Source: an uncultured Gemmatimonadales bacterium (GTDB lineage Bacteria; Gemmatimonadota; Gemmatimonadetes; Palauibacterales; Palauibacteraceae). Taken from it: a DNA stretch of 64,000 nt. Shown here piece by piece: positions 26,605 to 36,555 of this stretch. Under the pieces are notes generated by a model. It ran no database searches, had not been told where the DNA came from, and saw only the letters and a program-made list of their open reading frames with translations. The stretch covers positions 96,001 to 160,000 of the forward strand of contig CAWANJ010000007.1 of assembly GCA_963783385.1 (NCBI GenBank), written 5' to 3'. How positions within the stretch are numbered: position 1 is the first letter of the stretch; every line of letters begins with the position of its first letter. The translations under genes and the position numbers were made by a program.

Positions 26605-27913
26605 ATGCGTCATGTCGTGATCGTGATGGTGGCCGCCCTGGCGCTCGGTGCCGGCGTCGCAGCCTGCGGAGGAAGCTCGGAGCCGGCGTCCGGCAGCTCC
26701 TCGCATTCCGGCTGCCGCCTCGTCCGACACGAGCCGGGTGGCCGGGGAGAGTCCGGCGCCCGCTGGGAGCGGCGCGAGCGCGGAGCTGCAGGAGATGCTG
26801 GGCTCGATGGGCTCGGCCATCGACGAGGCGGACGAGTGCGGACTGTGGACCGCGCGGGCACGCCGCCGGGGGACCTTCGCGGACACGGCGTCGAGCCCCA
26901 ACGGACTCCGGATCGAGAAGGGACTCGAGTTCGTGGAGGCCGAGCACATCCACGGTCGCGACTACGAGGCGATCGTGGACGTCGTCGAGGCCGATTCGGA
27001 GGCCGTCACCTTCCGTGCGGTGATCACGCTCCCCGTCTTCGTGGACACCACGGGCCCCCGGGCGTACGAGATCCGGCGCGTGAGGACGGACACGCTGCGG
27101 CGTCACGTGTTTCGCCAGGACCTGGCCACCGCCCGCTGCCTGGGCGCGAACTACGTCACCTTCGCCGGCGAGCTGAACACGATGCCGGGAGCGACGTGGG
27201 AGATCCTGTCCCGGGCACTGTTCTCCGAGCTCGGTGGTCCCCGAGCCGCGGCGTTCGGTCTCGCGAACGAACCCGAGACCGGTCCCAACCCCACCCGGGG
27301 GGTCACCTACGTGGGCACCATGGCGCGCGTCGACAGCGGGCCGCACTCGTACTCCCTCATCCTCGACGATTCGCTCGTCGAGCTGCCCACGGTCGTGGTC
27401 CGGACGGACCTGCAGTACCACGGGGCCCGCCTCGGGCAGCGAGTCGAGATCCTCGACGATCCGCGAATGCCGATCGTCCTTCGTTCGTGCTGCCTGCGGG
27501 GCGGGATGCAGGTCGTGCGCATCTCGCGACCCATGGACCCCGCGCGCATGGAGCGCACGCTGGAGAAGAAGCGCAAGCTGGTGCTGTACAGGGTCCACTT
27601 CCCGTTCGCGAGCGACTCGATTCTGCCCGGGTCCGGACCCGTTCTCGAGGCGATCGCGGGCATCATGCGGAAACACCCCGACTGGCGCATGACCGTCACG
27701 GGACACACGGACTCCATAGGGACCGAAGAGGCCAACCTGGATCTGTCCCGGCGGCGGGCGAGGGCCGTAAAGGCCGCCATGGTGCGCCTCCTCGGGCCGG
27801 CGGCGGCGGCGCGGCTCACGACATCCGGGTCCGGGGAATCGAGACCCCTCGCCGATAACGGCACGCTGGAGGGCCGGGCCGCCAACCGGCGGGTGGAAGT
27901 CCGCCGGGAGTGA
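26605..27913 (+). CDS. OmpA-family lipoprotein, frameshifted at about 26710
   Basis: The lipoprotein signal (VAAC, RBS GGAGGAG) is in the frame of 26605 and the body is in the frame of 26648. C-terminal GHTDSIG..NLDLSRRRA..GRAANRRVE peptidoglycan-binding domain. Confidence 0.82.
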
Positions 27914-27980
27914 GCCGGGCGGATCCGGCCCGGGCCCCGGCGTCCTGTCGCCGGCCCGGGCCGCGGCGCATTTTGGTCGC

Positions 27981-29204
27981 ATGAGCGATTCCGGCCAAGT
28001 ATCGGCTCTCGGCCCTCCCGTCCCCATCCGCTTCAGCGAGGACGGCCGAGGTCTCGTCATCCTGGACCAGACCGAGCTCCCCGGGAGGGAAGTGGAGCGG
28101 GAGCTCCGCGACCTGGCATCCATGTCCGAGGCGATCCGGAGCCTCCGGGTGCGGGGCGCGCCCCTCATCGGGATCACCGCCGCCATGGGCGTGGCGGCCC
28201 TGGCCCGGGACGTGGCCGACCGGACAGACTGTGGGCCCGGCTCCGGCGAGGGGGAGTCGTCGGCCGCAGACCTCCGCTTCGCCGTCGCCGAATGGTGCGC
28301 CGCGCTCGAAGCGACCCGGCCGACCGCCGTGAACCTGGCCTGGGCGCTGGACAGAATGCGCCGGGTGGCCGGCCCGGAAGTCGAGCGCGGCCGGGACGTG
28401 GAGCCTCCATCGACGGGTGACGACGCGCGGATGGTGGACGCCCTGTCGGATCGCCTCCGCCGTGAGGCCGAGGCGATCCTGGCGGAGGATCGCGACATGT
28501 GCCGCCGGATCGGGGAGCACGCCCTCGCGCTGCTCGACGAGAGTGGCGGCGGGGACGAGGCGGAGCGCGCGGGCGGCACCGTGCTCACGCACTGCAACGC
28601 CGGGGCGCTGGCCACGGGCGGGATCGGGACGGCGCTCGCCCCCATCTATCTGGCCGCCGAGCGCGGCCGGCCGCTGCGCGTCGTGGCGGACGAGACCCGG
28701 CCCCTCCTCCAGGGGAGCCGGCTCACCGCCTGGGAGCTCCGCCGCGCCGGCGTGGACGTCACGGTGATCGCCGACGGGGCGGCCGGGGCGCGACTGGCCT
28801 CGGGGGGCGTGGACGCGGTGCTCGTGGGCGCCGACCGGATCGCGGCCAACGGGGACGTGGCCAACAAGGTGGGCACCTACTCGCTGGCGGTCCTGGCCCG
28901 GCACCACGGCGTACCCGTCTACGTGCTCGCGCCCACCTCCACTGTCGACCTCTCCACCCCGACGGGGGCCGACATCCCGATCGAGATCCGCGACCCCGAC
29001 GAAGTCCGCCACGCCGGGGGCCGTCTCACGGCGCCCGAGGAGGTGGACGTGTGGAGTCCGGCGTTCGACGTGACGCCCGCCGACCTGGTGACGGCGATCG
29101 TGACCGAGCAGGGGGTGTGCCGGCCCCCGTACGGACCCTGCCTGTCCGTCGCGGTGCGAAGAACCGACGAGGCTCGGGCCGCCGCTGCCGGGGCGGCCGG
29201 ATGA
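27981..29204 (+). CDS. mtnA: S-methyl-5-thioribose-1-phosphate isomerase
   Basis: LDQT, VRGAPLIG, RPTAVNL, THCNAGALAT, ETRP..QGSRLT, NKVGTY and PAFDVTP. Confidence 0.96.
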   Translation: MSDSGQVSALGPPVPIRFSEDGRGLVILDQTELPGREVERELRDLASMSEAIRSLRVRGAPLIGITAAMGVAALARDVADRTDCGPGSGEGESSAADLRFAVAEWCAALEATRPTAVNLAWALDRMRRVAGPEVERGRDVEPPSTGDDARMVDALSDRLRREAEAILAEDRDMCRRIGEHALALLDESGGGDEAERAGGTVLTHCNAGALATGGIGTALAPIYLAAERGRPLRVVADETRPLLQGSRLTAWELRRAGVDVTVIADGAAGARLASGGVDAVLVGADRIAANGDVANKVGTYSLAVLARHHGVPVYVLAPTSTVDLSTPTGADIPIEIRDPDEVRHAGGRLTAPEEVDVWSPAFDVTPADLVTAIVTEQGVCRPPYGPCLSVAVRRTDEARAAAAGAAG

Positions 29205-29881
29205 CGCGGATCGGCGGGGCGTCGAGGCACGAGCGCGCCGGTCCCGATCCGGACCTCGAGCGGAAGCTCAGGGCCCGCCTGTGCCGCGTGGGGCGCCAGC
29301 TCCACGAAGCCGGCCTCATCGCCGGGAGGTGCGGCAACCTGTCCGTGCGGCTCGGAGAGGGTCGACTGCTGGTGACTCCGAGGGGCGTGCCCAAGGGGCG
29401 CATGGAGCTCCACGATCCGGTCCTGGTCTCGCTACCCGAGCCGACGGAGGAGGAGCGCGCCGCGGCGAGCACCGAGCTCCCCTGCCACCTGGCGTGCTAC
29501 CGGGCCGGGGTCGACGTGGGCGCGGTGGTCCACGCCCACGCTCCCGCCCTCACGGCGGCGGGGCTGCGCGGGCTCGACATCGGGAGCCTGCTCCCGGAAG
29601 TGCAGGAGGCCACCGGGAAGATCGCGACGGCTCCCTTCGCCCCGAGCGGGAGCGAGGCGCTCGCGGAGGAGGTGGGCGAGGCGGTGGCCGGCGGCGGGAG
29701 GGTCGTCCTCCTGTCCCGCCACGGCGTCCTGGTCACGGGCCTCGACCCCGAGTCCGCGCGCGACCGGCTGGAGCTGGCCGAGCTCTCGGCCGCGGCGTGC
29801 CTCCTGGCCCGGGAGCCCGGCATGGAGATGGACCTGGGGCCCGTCGTCGAGCGCTACCGGAGGCTGTCGGGGGGCTCCTGA
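29201..29881 (+). CDS. Class II aldolase/adducin family protein
   Basis: GNLSVR, TPRG, STELPCH, VVHAH and RHG metal-binding motifs. ATGA overlap with mtnA. Confidence 0.88.
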   Translation: MTRIGGASRHERAGPDPDLERKLRARLCRVGRQLHEAGLIAGRCGNLSVRLGEGRLLVTPRGVPKGRMELHDPVLVSLPEPTEEERAAASTELPCHLACYRAGVDVGAVVHAHAPALTAAGLRGLDIGSLLPEVQEATGKIATAPFAPSGSEALAEEVGEAVAGGGRVVLLSRHGVLVTGLDPESARDRLELAELSAAACLLAREPGMEMDLGPVVERYRRLSGGS

Positions 29882-29941
29882 CCCGCCCCGGCGCGCCCCG
29901 GCGTCGCCAGCAGGGAGCGTCCGGGCCGCGGGCTCACCGGC

Positions 29942-31441
29942 TCACGGCTGCGTGCCGGGCGGCTTCTCGCCCACCACCCACTTGATCGTGCGTCCGGCCG
30001 GGATCGTCTCGCCCGGCGCGACCTGGTTCATGATGGCGAGCGTCTGCGCGTCCACCGGCGACGCCTTGCTACCGGCCAGCTCGGCGATCGTGGTGGCGCG
30101 CGACGGCGTGTACAGCTGGACGTGCATCGGCTTCACGTCCAGGGCCTTCGAGTCCGTGAGACGGTCGAAGCTCCGGATCGTCGCCTCGAACGTGCTCCCG
30201 AAGGAGGACAGTTTTCCTGCCTGCGTGTAGCCCAGGATCCGGTACACGTGCCCGCCGTACCCGATGAAGCTGGCCACCCCGTCCAGCTGGCCCTGCTGCG
30301 TGCTGGCGCTGAACTGGCCGATGATGGCCGGGAAGCCGTGGATCGTGGTGCGCGAGACGCCGCTGGCCTGCATGCCCTGCTGCGAGAAGAAGGCGCTCGC
30401 CGCCGCGTCCTCGGAGCCCGCCGAGTCGGCCAGCGTGAGCTCGAGGATCGCGTCCTGGCCCGGGCTCTGGGCGGCCACCGCCTGCGGCATGTTCTGGGTC
30501 TGCCAGCCGTCGGGGAACTCGATCCGGAACTTCAGGTCGGGGTGCAGGAAGAGGGCGCCCTGGAAGTAGCCCTGGCGCGGGTCCGGTCCGAACACGATGC
30601 CGTCGATGTGCTTCAGGTAGGCGTCGCGATCCACCTTCCCCGAGCGCTCCGAGGCGGGCAGGGTGTCGATCTGCTGGCGGATGTCCTGGATCCGGTTCTG
30701 GGGCGCCGGGTGCGTGGCCAGCCACGACGGGACCCCGCTCCCGCCGGCCGCCTGCTCCTGGCGATCCAGCATCTCGAACACCCCGATCGCCTGGTTCGGG
30801 TCGTAGCCGTCCTTGACCGCGTAACGGATGCCGAGCGCGTCGGCCTGCTGCTCGTCATCCCGGCTGTACTTGAGGAACAGCACCTGGAGCCCGCCCGACA
30901 GGAGGCCGCCGAACTGGCGGATGGGCTTCACGAAAATGGCGCCGAGCCCGAGGCCGAGCTGGGCCAGCTCCTGCCGGCTGATCTGCTGCACCGAGTGGCG
31001 CGCGGTCACGTGGCCGGTCTCGTGCCCCATGATGATGGCCAGCTGGGCTTCATTGTCCAGGTAGGGCAGGATTCCGCGCGTCACGAAGATGAAGCCGCCC
31101 GGGAGCGCGAAGGCGTTCACGACCGGCTCGTCGGCGACCTGGTAGCTCCACGGGAGGTCGGGCCGCTCGGACACCCGGGCCAGGCTGAGGCCGACCTGCT
31201 GCACGTACGCCTCGAGCCCGGGATCCTGGTAGACGCCGATGGTCTGGCGCACCTGCGCGGCGCCCTGCTGCCCCATCTGGATTTCCTGGCCCTGGCCGAT
31301 CAGGGAGAGCTGGGACTCTCCCGTGGCCGGGTTGGTGGCACAGCTGCCCAGGGGCAGGGCGGCGAGGCACACGGCGGCGGCCAGACCCGGGAGGCGCGGC
31401 GTACGGTGGGTCCGGCGGCGAGGTGTTCGGTGTCGGGTCAT
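29942..31441 (-). CDS. M48 family metalloprotease lipoprotein (BepA/YfgC-like)
   Basis: CATNPATG, NAFALPGG, GHETGH, YSRDDE..AD and LATHP. Confidence 0.92.
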   Translation of the reverse strand: MTRHRTPRRRTHRTPRLPGLAAAVCLAALPLGSCATNPATGESQLSLIGQGQEIQMGQQGAAQVRQTIGVYQDPGLEAYVQQVGLSLARVSERPDLPWSYQVADEPVVNAFALPGGFIFVTRGILPYLDNEAQLAIIMGHETGHVTARHSVQQISRQELAQLGLGLGAIFVKPIRQFGGLLSGGLQVLFLKYSRDDEQQADALGIRYAVKDGYDPNQAIGVFEMLDRQEQAAGGSGVPSWLATHPAPQNRIQDIRQQIDTLPASERSGKVDRDAYLKHIDGIVFGPDPRQGYFQGALFLHPDLKFRIEFPDGWQTQNMPQAVAAQSPGQDAILELTLADSAGSEDAAASAFFSQQGMQASGVSRTTIHGFPAIIGQFSASTQQGQLDGVASFIGYGGHVYRILGYTQAGKLSSFGSTFEATIRSFDRLTDSKALDVKPMHVQLYTPSRATTIAELAGSKASPVDAQTLAIMNQVAPGETIPAGRTIKWVVGEKPPGTQP

Positions 31442-31591
31442 TGGAGCGTGGCCTCCGGCTGGAGGGGCGGTTCGGTGCGGGGGCGTACCGAATCCTACAG
31501 CCACAGAGAGGGAAGGATCGTGCCAGGTGCGCGAAGGACGGGCGCGGGTTCGCCGCACCCGCGCCCGTGCGTGGCGTCCGGGGCTCCGGCC

Positions 31592-32281
31592 TCACGCGTT
31601 GTGGCCGTCCCAGGTCAGGCTCGAGTGGATCGTGTGGTCGCACACGGTGCCGTCGACGGTGCGGGTGTGGGCCGCCGGATCCAGCTGACCCTGGATGTCG
31701 ATGTCGCAGGTGCCGCTGGTCCCGTCGGGTTTCACCCAGCCCACCGAACCCTTGAGCGACCAGGTTTGGAGGCCGCTCGGCAGCCCGCTCACCCTCTGGC
31801 GGTGCGCGGCCAGCTGCAGGTTCGGGTTGCCGGTGAGGGTGATGTGCGTGCCCCGGATGTTCCGCACGCAGCCGTCGTGGGTCACGGTGGCCTGGAAGTC
31901 GGCGGTGAGCGTGTGCGTGTCGGTGTCGAAGGTGTGGGAGATGTCGCCGTCGACCGTCAGGCTCCCGCCCAGGCGACAGTCCCGCTGGGTGTGGAAGGTG
32001 GTCTCGGAAGAGAGGACCGTAGCGCGCAGCCCCGGCGTTCCCCCGGTCTGATCCGCGAGGGGGGCGAGGCCCGGCGAAGTGTCGAGCCGGCCGGTCTGGT
32101 CCCCCACCACGGTGTTGTTCTCGCTGTCCATGGTCGTGGCCAGCGCCCCCGACTCGTCGGCCGAGAGGCTACCGCGGGCCGGGCCCGTGCCGCTTCCGCT
32201 GCACGCCCCGGCCACGAGGGCCATGCCCAGGACTGCGACGCCCAGGAGGTCCGCGCGTCGGGTCGACGACAGTGCACTCAT
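31592..32281 (-). CDS. Hypothetical lipoprotein
   Basis: Lipobox AGAC, Thr-rich beta sequence with four further Cys. RBS AAGGAGG. Confidence 0.75.
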   Translation of the reverse strand: MSALSSTRRADLLGVAVLGMALVAGACSGSGTGPARGSLSADESGALATTMDSENNTVVGDQTGRLDTSPGLAPLADQTGGTPGLRATVLSSETTFHTQRDCRLGGSLTVDGDISHTFDTDTHTLTADFQATVTHDGCVRNIRGTHITLTGNPNLQLAAHRQRVSGLPSGLQTWSLKGSVGWVKPDGTSGTCDIDIQGQLDPAAHTRTVDGTVCDHTIHSSLTWDGHNA

Positions 32282-32528
32282 GGCTCTTCCTCCTTGTCCT
32301 CGTGATCAGGATGGCGAAACGTGGGGGCCGGCTGAACGCACACTTCGGGCGCCCCGGCTGGCCCCGCTCCGGGAGTGGGTACCGCCGACGGGCGCCGGGC
32401 GTTGGTATGGCCCGGGCATTCCGTGTGTAGGGAGACGGGCGAGGGGGACGGCCGGTCACGCCGCGAGGCGGAGCGCGCGGCGCCCGGGAGCGCGGGCACG
32501 GCAGGATCGGACGAGGAACGGAGACGCG

Positions 32529-33992
32529 GTGGGAGAAGGCGAGGAGAGGAGCCGGGGTCCGCTGGAGATGGACCCCGAGACCATGCGGCGCCTGGGTCAC
32601 GCGGTCGTCGACCGGGTGGTGGACCGCTGGGCCGGCCTGGCCGGGAGCCGGGCGGGTCGGACGGCGACGCGCCGGGAGATGGAGGAGCGCCTCCGGGAGC
32701 CGCTCCCGAAGTCGGGCGAGCCGATCGAGCCCCTGCTCGAGCGGTTCTGGTCGGACATCGAGCCCTATTCGATGCGGGCCGATCACCCCGGCTTCTTCGC
32801 CTTCATCCCGAGCTCGCCGACCTTCGCCAGCCTGCTGGGGGACTGGCTGGCCTCGGGGTGCAACCTCTTCCAGGGCACGTGGCTGGAGTCGGCCGGGCCG
32901 AGCGAGGTGGAGCTCGTCGTGCTCGACTGGCTGAAGGAGTGCGTCGGTCTGCCGGCCGAGGCCGAGGGGCTCCTGACCAGCGGCGGGTCGGCCGCCAACC
33001 TCGTGGGCCTCGCGGCCGCCCGTCAGGCGCTGCTGGGCGGAAGGCCGGAGGGGATCGCCTACCTGTCCGATCAGGCGCATACCGCCGTCGACCGCGCCCT
33101 CCGCATCCTGGGCTTCCCGGAGGAGTGCATCCGCCGGCTGCCGGTCGGCGAAGACTTCCGGCTGCGGCCCGACGCCGTGCACGCCGCGATGCGCGAGGAC
33201 CGCGGGCGGGGCCGGCGCCCGTTCTGCGTGGTGGCCACGGCGGGGACGACCAACACCGGGGCGGTGGACCCCCTTCCCGAGCTGGCCGACCTGTGCGCCC
33301 GGGAAGACCTGTGGCTGCACGTGGACGGGGCGTACGGGGCGTTCGCGCGCGTGACGGTGCGGGGGCGCCGCAGCCTGGAGGGGCTGGAACGGGCGGACTC
33401 GCTCGTCCTCGACCCCCACAAGTGGATGTACGTCGGCTTCGAGGCGGGCTGCCTGCTGGTGCGGAGGCCGGGGGTCCTGCTGGAGACCTTCCGGGTCCTG
33501 CCCGACTACCTGCAGGACGCCGCCGTGCGGCGGGGCGAGGTCAACTTCGCCGACCTCGGGCTGCAGCTCACCCGCAGCGCCCGCGCGATCAAGCTGTGGC
33601 TGCACATGAAGCACCACGGGCTCGCCGGCCTCATCGCGGCCGTGGACCGCACCCAGCACCTGGCCGAGCTGGCCGGGCGCCGGGTGGCGTCCGAGCCCGC
33701 CCTCGAGCTGACCTCCGCCCCGTCGCTCGGCATCCTCACCTTTCGCTGGGTGGGCGAGCCCGGGCTGAAAGGAAGACCGGCGCCGGATGGGGCCGAAGCG
33801 GACGCCAGGAACCGGGCCATCGTCGAGCGCCTGATGGAGGAAGGGCGCTTCATGGTCTCCTCCACCCGGCTGCGGGGCCGCTACGTCCTCCGCCTGTGCC
33901 CGCTGGGCTACCGTACGACCGCGTCCGACATCGACGCGCTCCTCGACGACGTCCTCCGCCTTGGCGCGGAGGAGGGCGGCGATGAGACCTGA
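32529..33992 (+). CDS. PLP-dependent group II decarboxylase (aromatic-L-amino-acid decarboxylase-like)
   Basis: HPGFFAFIP, TSGGS, TAGTTNTGAVD, HVDGAYG and DPHKW (PLP lysine). Start at 32529 (GTG) or 32568 (ATG). Confidence 0.92.
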   Translation: MGEGEERSRGPLEMDPETMRRLGHAVVDRVVDRWAGLAGSRAGRTATRREMEERLREPLPKSGEPIEPLLERFWSDIEPYSMRADHPGFFAFIPSSPTFASLLGDWLASGCNLFQGTWLESAGPSEVELVVLDWLKECVGLPAEAEGLLTSGGSAANLVGLAAARQALLGGRPEGIAYLSDQAHTAVDRALRILGFPEECIRRLPVGEDFRLRPDAVHAAMREDRGRGRRPFCVVATAGTTNTGAVDPLPELADLCAREDLWLHVDGAYGAFARVTVRGRRSLEGLERADSLVLDPHKWMYVGFEAGCLLVRRPGVLLETFRVLPDYLQDAAVRRGEVNFADLGLQLTRSARAIKLWLHMKHHGLAGLIAAVDRTQHLAELAGRRVASEPALELTSAPSLGILTFRWVGEPGLKGRPAPDGAEADARNRAIVERLMEEGRFMVSSTRLRGRYVLRLCPLGYRTTASDIDALLDDVLRLGAEEGGDET

Positions 33993-36519
33993 CTCGACCC
34001 CAACCGAGACCGCCATGGACCGACGCGCCGCACGCCGAGCCCTCCGTCCCTCGCGCACCGTCTCCACGGTGTGGTGGCGGGCGGCCTTCGCGGGTCTCCT
34101 CGCGGCGGCCGCGGGCATCCCCGCGGCGGCGACCGCCCAGCAGAAGGAGCCCGCCGCGAAGGCGGCCGCCGACACGGCCCGGGCCGACACCACGCCCGGG
34201 AAGAAGAAGGGAGAGCCGAAGATCCGGCCCTACCGGGAGGTGGTGCCGGCCAGCGCGATCCACCGCCGGGGCGTGTTCGCCACCGACCGGGTCGGTGACA
34301 CGCTCTACTACGAGATCCCCAGGGACCAGCTCGGCGAGCCGTTCCTGCTCGTATCGCGGATCGCGAAGGCGCAGACGGGGACCGGCTACGGCGGCCAGAA
34401 GCTCGGGACCCGGGTGATCCGCTGGACGCGGCAGGGAGACCGGATCCTCCTGCGCGGCGTCTCCTACGAGGTGGTGGCGGACAGCACGCAGCCCATCTAC
34501 CGGGCCGTGCGGGACGCCACCCTGCAGCCGGTGATCAAGGCGTTCGACATCGAGGCGTTCGCGCCGGACAGCGCGCCCGTCATCGACGTCACCAGCCTGT
34601 TCACGACGGACGTGCCCGAGCTCTCTCCCCGGCGCATCCTGGGGGCCAGCTCCCTGGACGGGAGCCGCAGCTTCCTGGAGAAGGTCCTCACCTTCCCGAA
34701 GAACATCGAGGTCGAGGCCCTCCTGACCTACAGCGCCGACTCGGTGCGCACCTTCGCCCTCCCCGAGGGCTTCGGAGGGGGCGGGCGCATGAGCACCGTC
34801 TCGGTCGTCGTGCACCACAGTATGATCCGCCTTCCCGACCGGCCCATGCGGCCGCGCCTCGCGGACGACCGCGTGGGCTACTTCGAGGTGCGCCAGTACG
34901 ACTACGGCCTCCACGAGGACAGGGCGCCCGTGCGGCGCATGATCACCCGCTGGGACCTCCGCAAGAAGGACCCGAGCGCGGCGCTCAGCGAGCCCGTGCA
35001 CCCGATCGTGTATTACGTGGACCGCGCCACGCCCGTGAAGTGGCGGCCGTGGATCATGAAGGCGGTCGACGCCTGGCGGGTGGCGTTCCGGGCCGCCGGC
35101 TTCGAGCACGCGATCACGGCGAAGATGGAGCCGACCGAGAAGGAGGATCCCGATTTCAGCCCCGAGGACGCGCGCTACTCGGTGATCCGGTGGCTACCCT
35201 CGCCGATCGAGAACGCCATGGGCCCCAACGTCCACGACCCGCGCTCGGGCCAGATCCTGGAGAGCGACATCCAGGTGTACCACAACGTCCTCAAGCTCGC
35301 GCGGGACTGGTACTTCGTGCAGGCATCACCGAACGATCCCGGGGCGCGTCACCTGCCCCTGCCGGACTCGCTCATGGGACGGCTGATCGAGTACGTGGTG
35401 ACCCACGAGGTGGGTCATACCCTGGGGCTCGCCCACAACATGGTGGCGAGCTCCTCCTACCCGGTGGACTCGCTCCGCAGCCCGACCTTCACGGCGAAGT
35501 ACGGGGACGAGGCCTCCATCATGGATTATGGGCGCTTCAACTACGTGGCCCAGCCGGGCGACGGCGCCCACCTGATCCCCATCATCGGGCCGTACGACAG
35601 GTTCGCCATCATGTGGGGGTACCGGCCGATCCCGAGAGCGGCGACGCCCGAGGCCGAGAAGGACACCCTGGACGCGTGGGCGCGGCGCCAGGACGGAGAT
35701 CCCATGCTGCGCTTCGGGGCCCGGGACGGGGCCGACCCTCGCGCGCAGACCGAGGACCTGGGCGACGATCCCGTGGCGGCCACGCGCCTGGGCCTGGCCA
35801 ACCTGCAGCGCGTGGCGAGGATCCTCCTCACGGGCACCGAGAACCCGGGCGAGAGCTACGACGACCTGAAGGACATGTACGGCCAGCTCGTGCGCCAGTG
35901 GGAGACGGAGCTGCAGCACGTGGTGGCGGTCGTCGGAGGCGTGTACGGGCAGCGCAAGCACTACGGCCAGGAGGGAGTCCTGCACACGCCCGTCCCCGCC
36001 TCCCGCCAGGAGGCGGCGGTCGCCTTCCTGCTCGGCCGCGCCTTCCAGCGTCCCGATTTCCTCCTCGATCCCGACGTGCTGCGCCGCTTCGAGGCCTCGG
36101 GCTCGGTGGACCGGATCGAGGAGGTGCAGTCGGAGCTCCTGGACGACCTTCTCGAGGACGATCGCATCGGCCGGCTGGCCGAGGCCGCCGCCCTGTCCGG
36201 GGAAGGCGGGGCCGCCTTCGCGCCGGGCGATTACCTGGACCAGCTCCGGGCCGGTCTGTTCTCGGAGCTGGGGGAGGGCGACGTGCGGATCGGGCCCTTC
36301 CGGCGCGGCCTTCAGCGCCGCTGGGTGGAGGGCCTGGCCCGGAAGCTGAAGGCGGACAGCGACCTTGCCGCGCTGGCGCGGGGCGAGCTCGAGGCCACGG
36401 CGGATCGGATCGACGCGCGGATCGACCGGGCCGCCGACCGGATCACGCGGCTCCACCTGGAGGACCTGCGGGAGCGGATCCGCCGCGCCCTCCACCCCGC
36501 GAGCGGCGAGGGCGGCTGA
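33982..36519 (+). CDS. Secreted zinc-dependent metalloprotease (DUF5117/DUF4953, EcxA-like)
   Basis: Signal peptide, DDRVGYF, DPRSGQILE, HEVGHTLGLAH metzincin motif and SIMDY Met-turn. Confidence 0.92.
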   Translation: MRPDSTPTETAMDRRAARRALRPSRTVSTVWWRAAFAGLLAAAAGIPAAATAQQKEPAAKAAADTARADTTPGKKKGEPKIRPYREVVPASAIHRRGVFATDRVGDTLYYEIPRDQLGEPFLLVSRIAKAQTGTGYGGQKLGTRVIRWTRQGDRILLRGVSYEVVADSTQPIYRAVRDATLQPVIKAFDIEAFAPDSAPVIDVTSLFTTDVPELSPRRILGASSLDGSRSFLEKVLTFPKNIEVEALLTYSADSVRTFALPEGFGGGGRMSTVSVVVHHSMIRLPDRPMRPRLADDRVGYFEVRQYDYGLHEDRAPVRRMITRWDLRKKDPSAALSEPVHPIVYYVDRATPVKWRPWIMKAVDAWRVAFRAAGFEHAITAKMEPTEKEDPDFSPEDARYSVIRWLPSPIENAMGPNVHDPRSGQILESDIQVYHNVLKLARDWYFVQASPNDPGARHLPLPDSLMGRLIEYVVTHEVGHTLGLAHNMVASSSYPVDSLRSPTFTAKYGDEASIMDYGRFNYVAQPGDGAHLIPIIGPYDRFAIMWGYRPIPRAATPEAEKDTLDAWARRQDGDPMLRFGARDGADPRAQTEDLGDDPVAATRLGLANLQRVARILLTGTENPGESYDDLKDMYGQLVRQWETELQHVVAVVGGVYGQRKHYGQEGVLHTPVPASRQEAAVAFLLGRAFQRPDFLLDPDVLRRFEASGSVDRIEEVQSELLDDLLEDDRIGRLAEAAALSGEGGAAFAPGDYLDQLRAGLFSELGEGDVRIGPFRRGLQRRWVEGLARKLKADSDLAALARGELEATADRIDARIDRAADRITRLHLEDLRERIRRALHPASGEGG

Positions 36520-36555
36520 GCGGCGGGACGGGCCCGATGGCCGAGCGGCCGGATC

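Noticed and set aside
25862-28645. 927-aa minus-strand ORF
   Set aside because: Antisense to the OmpA gene and mtnA. Only 25862..26443 encodes a plausible lipoprotein.
31510-31527. Sigma-54-like TGGCACG upstream of the M48 protease (minus strand)
   Set aside because: The -12 element reads TTCC rather than TTGC, so the invariant GC is missing.
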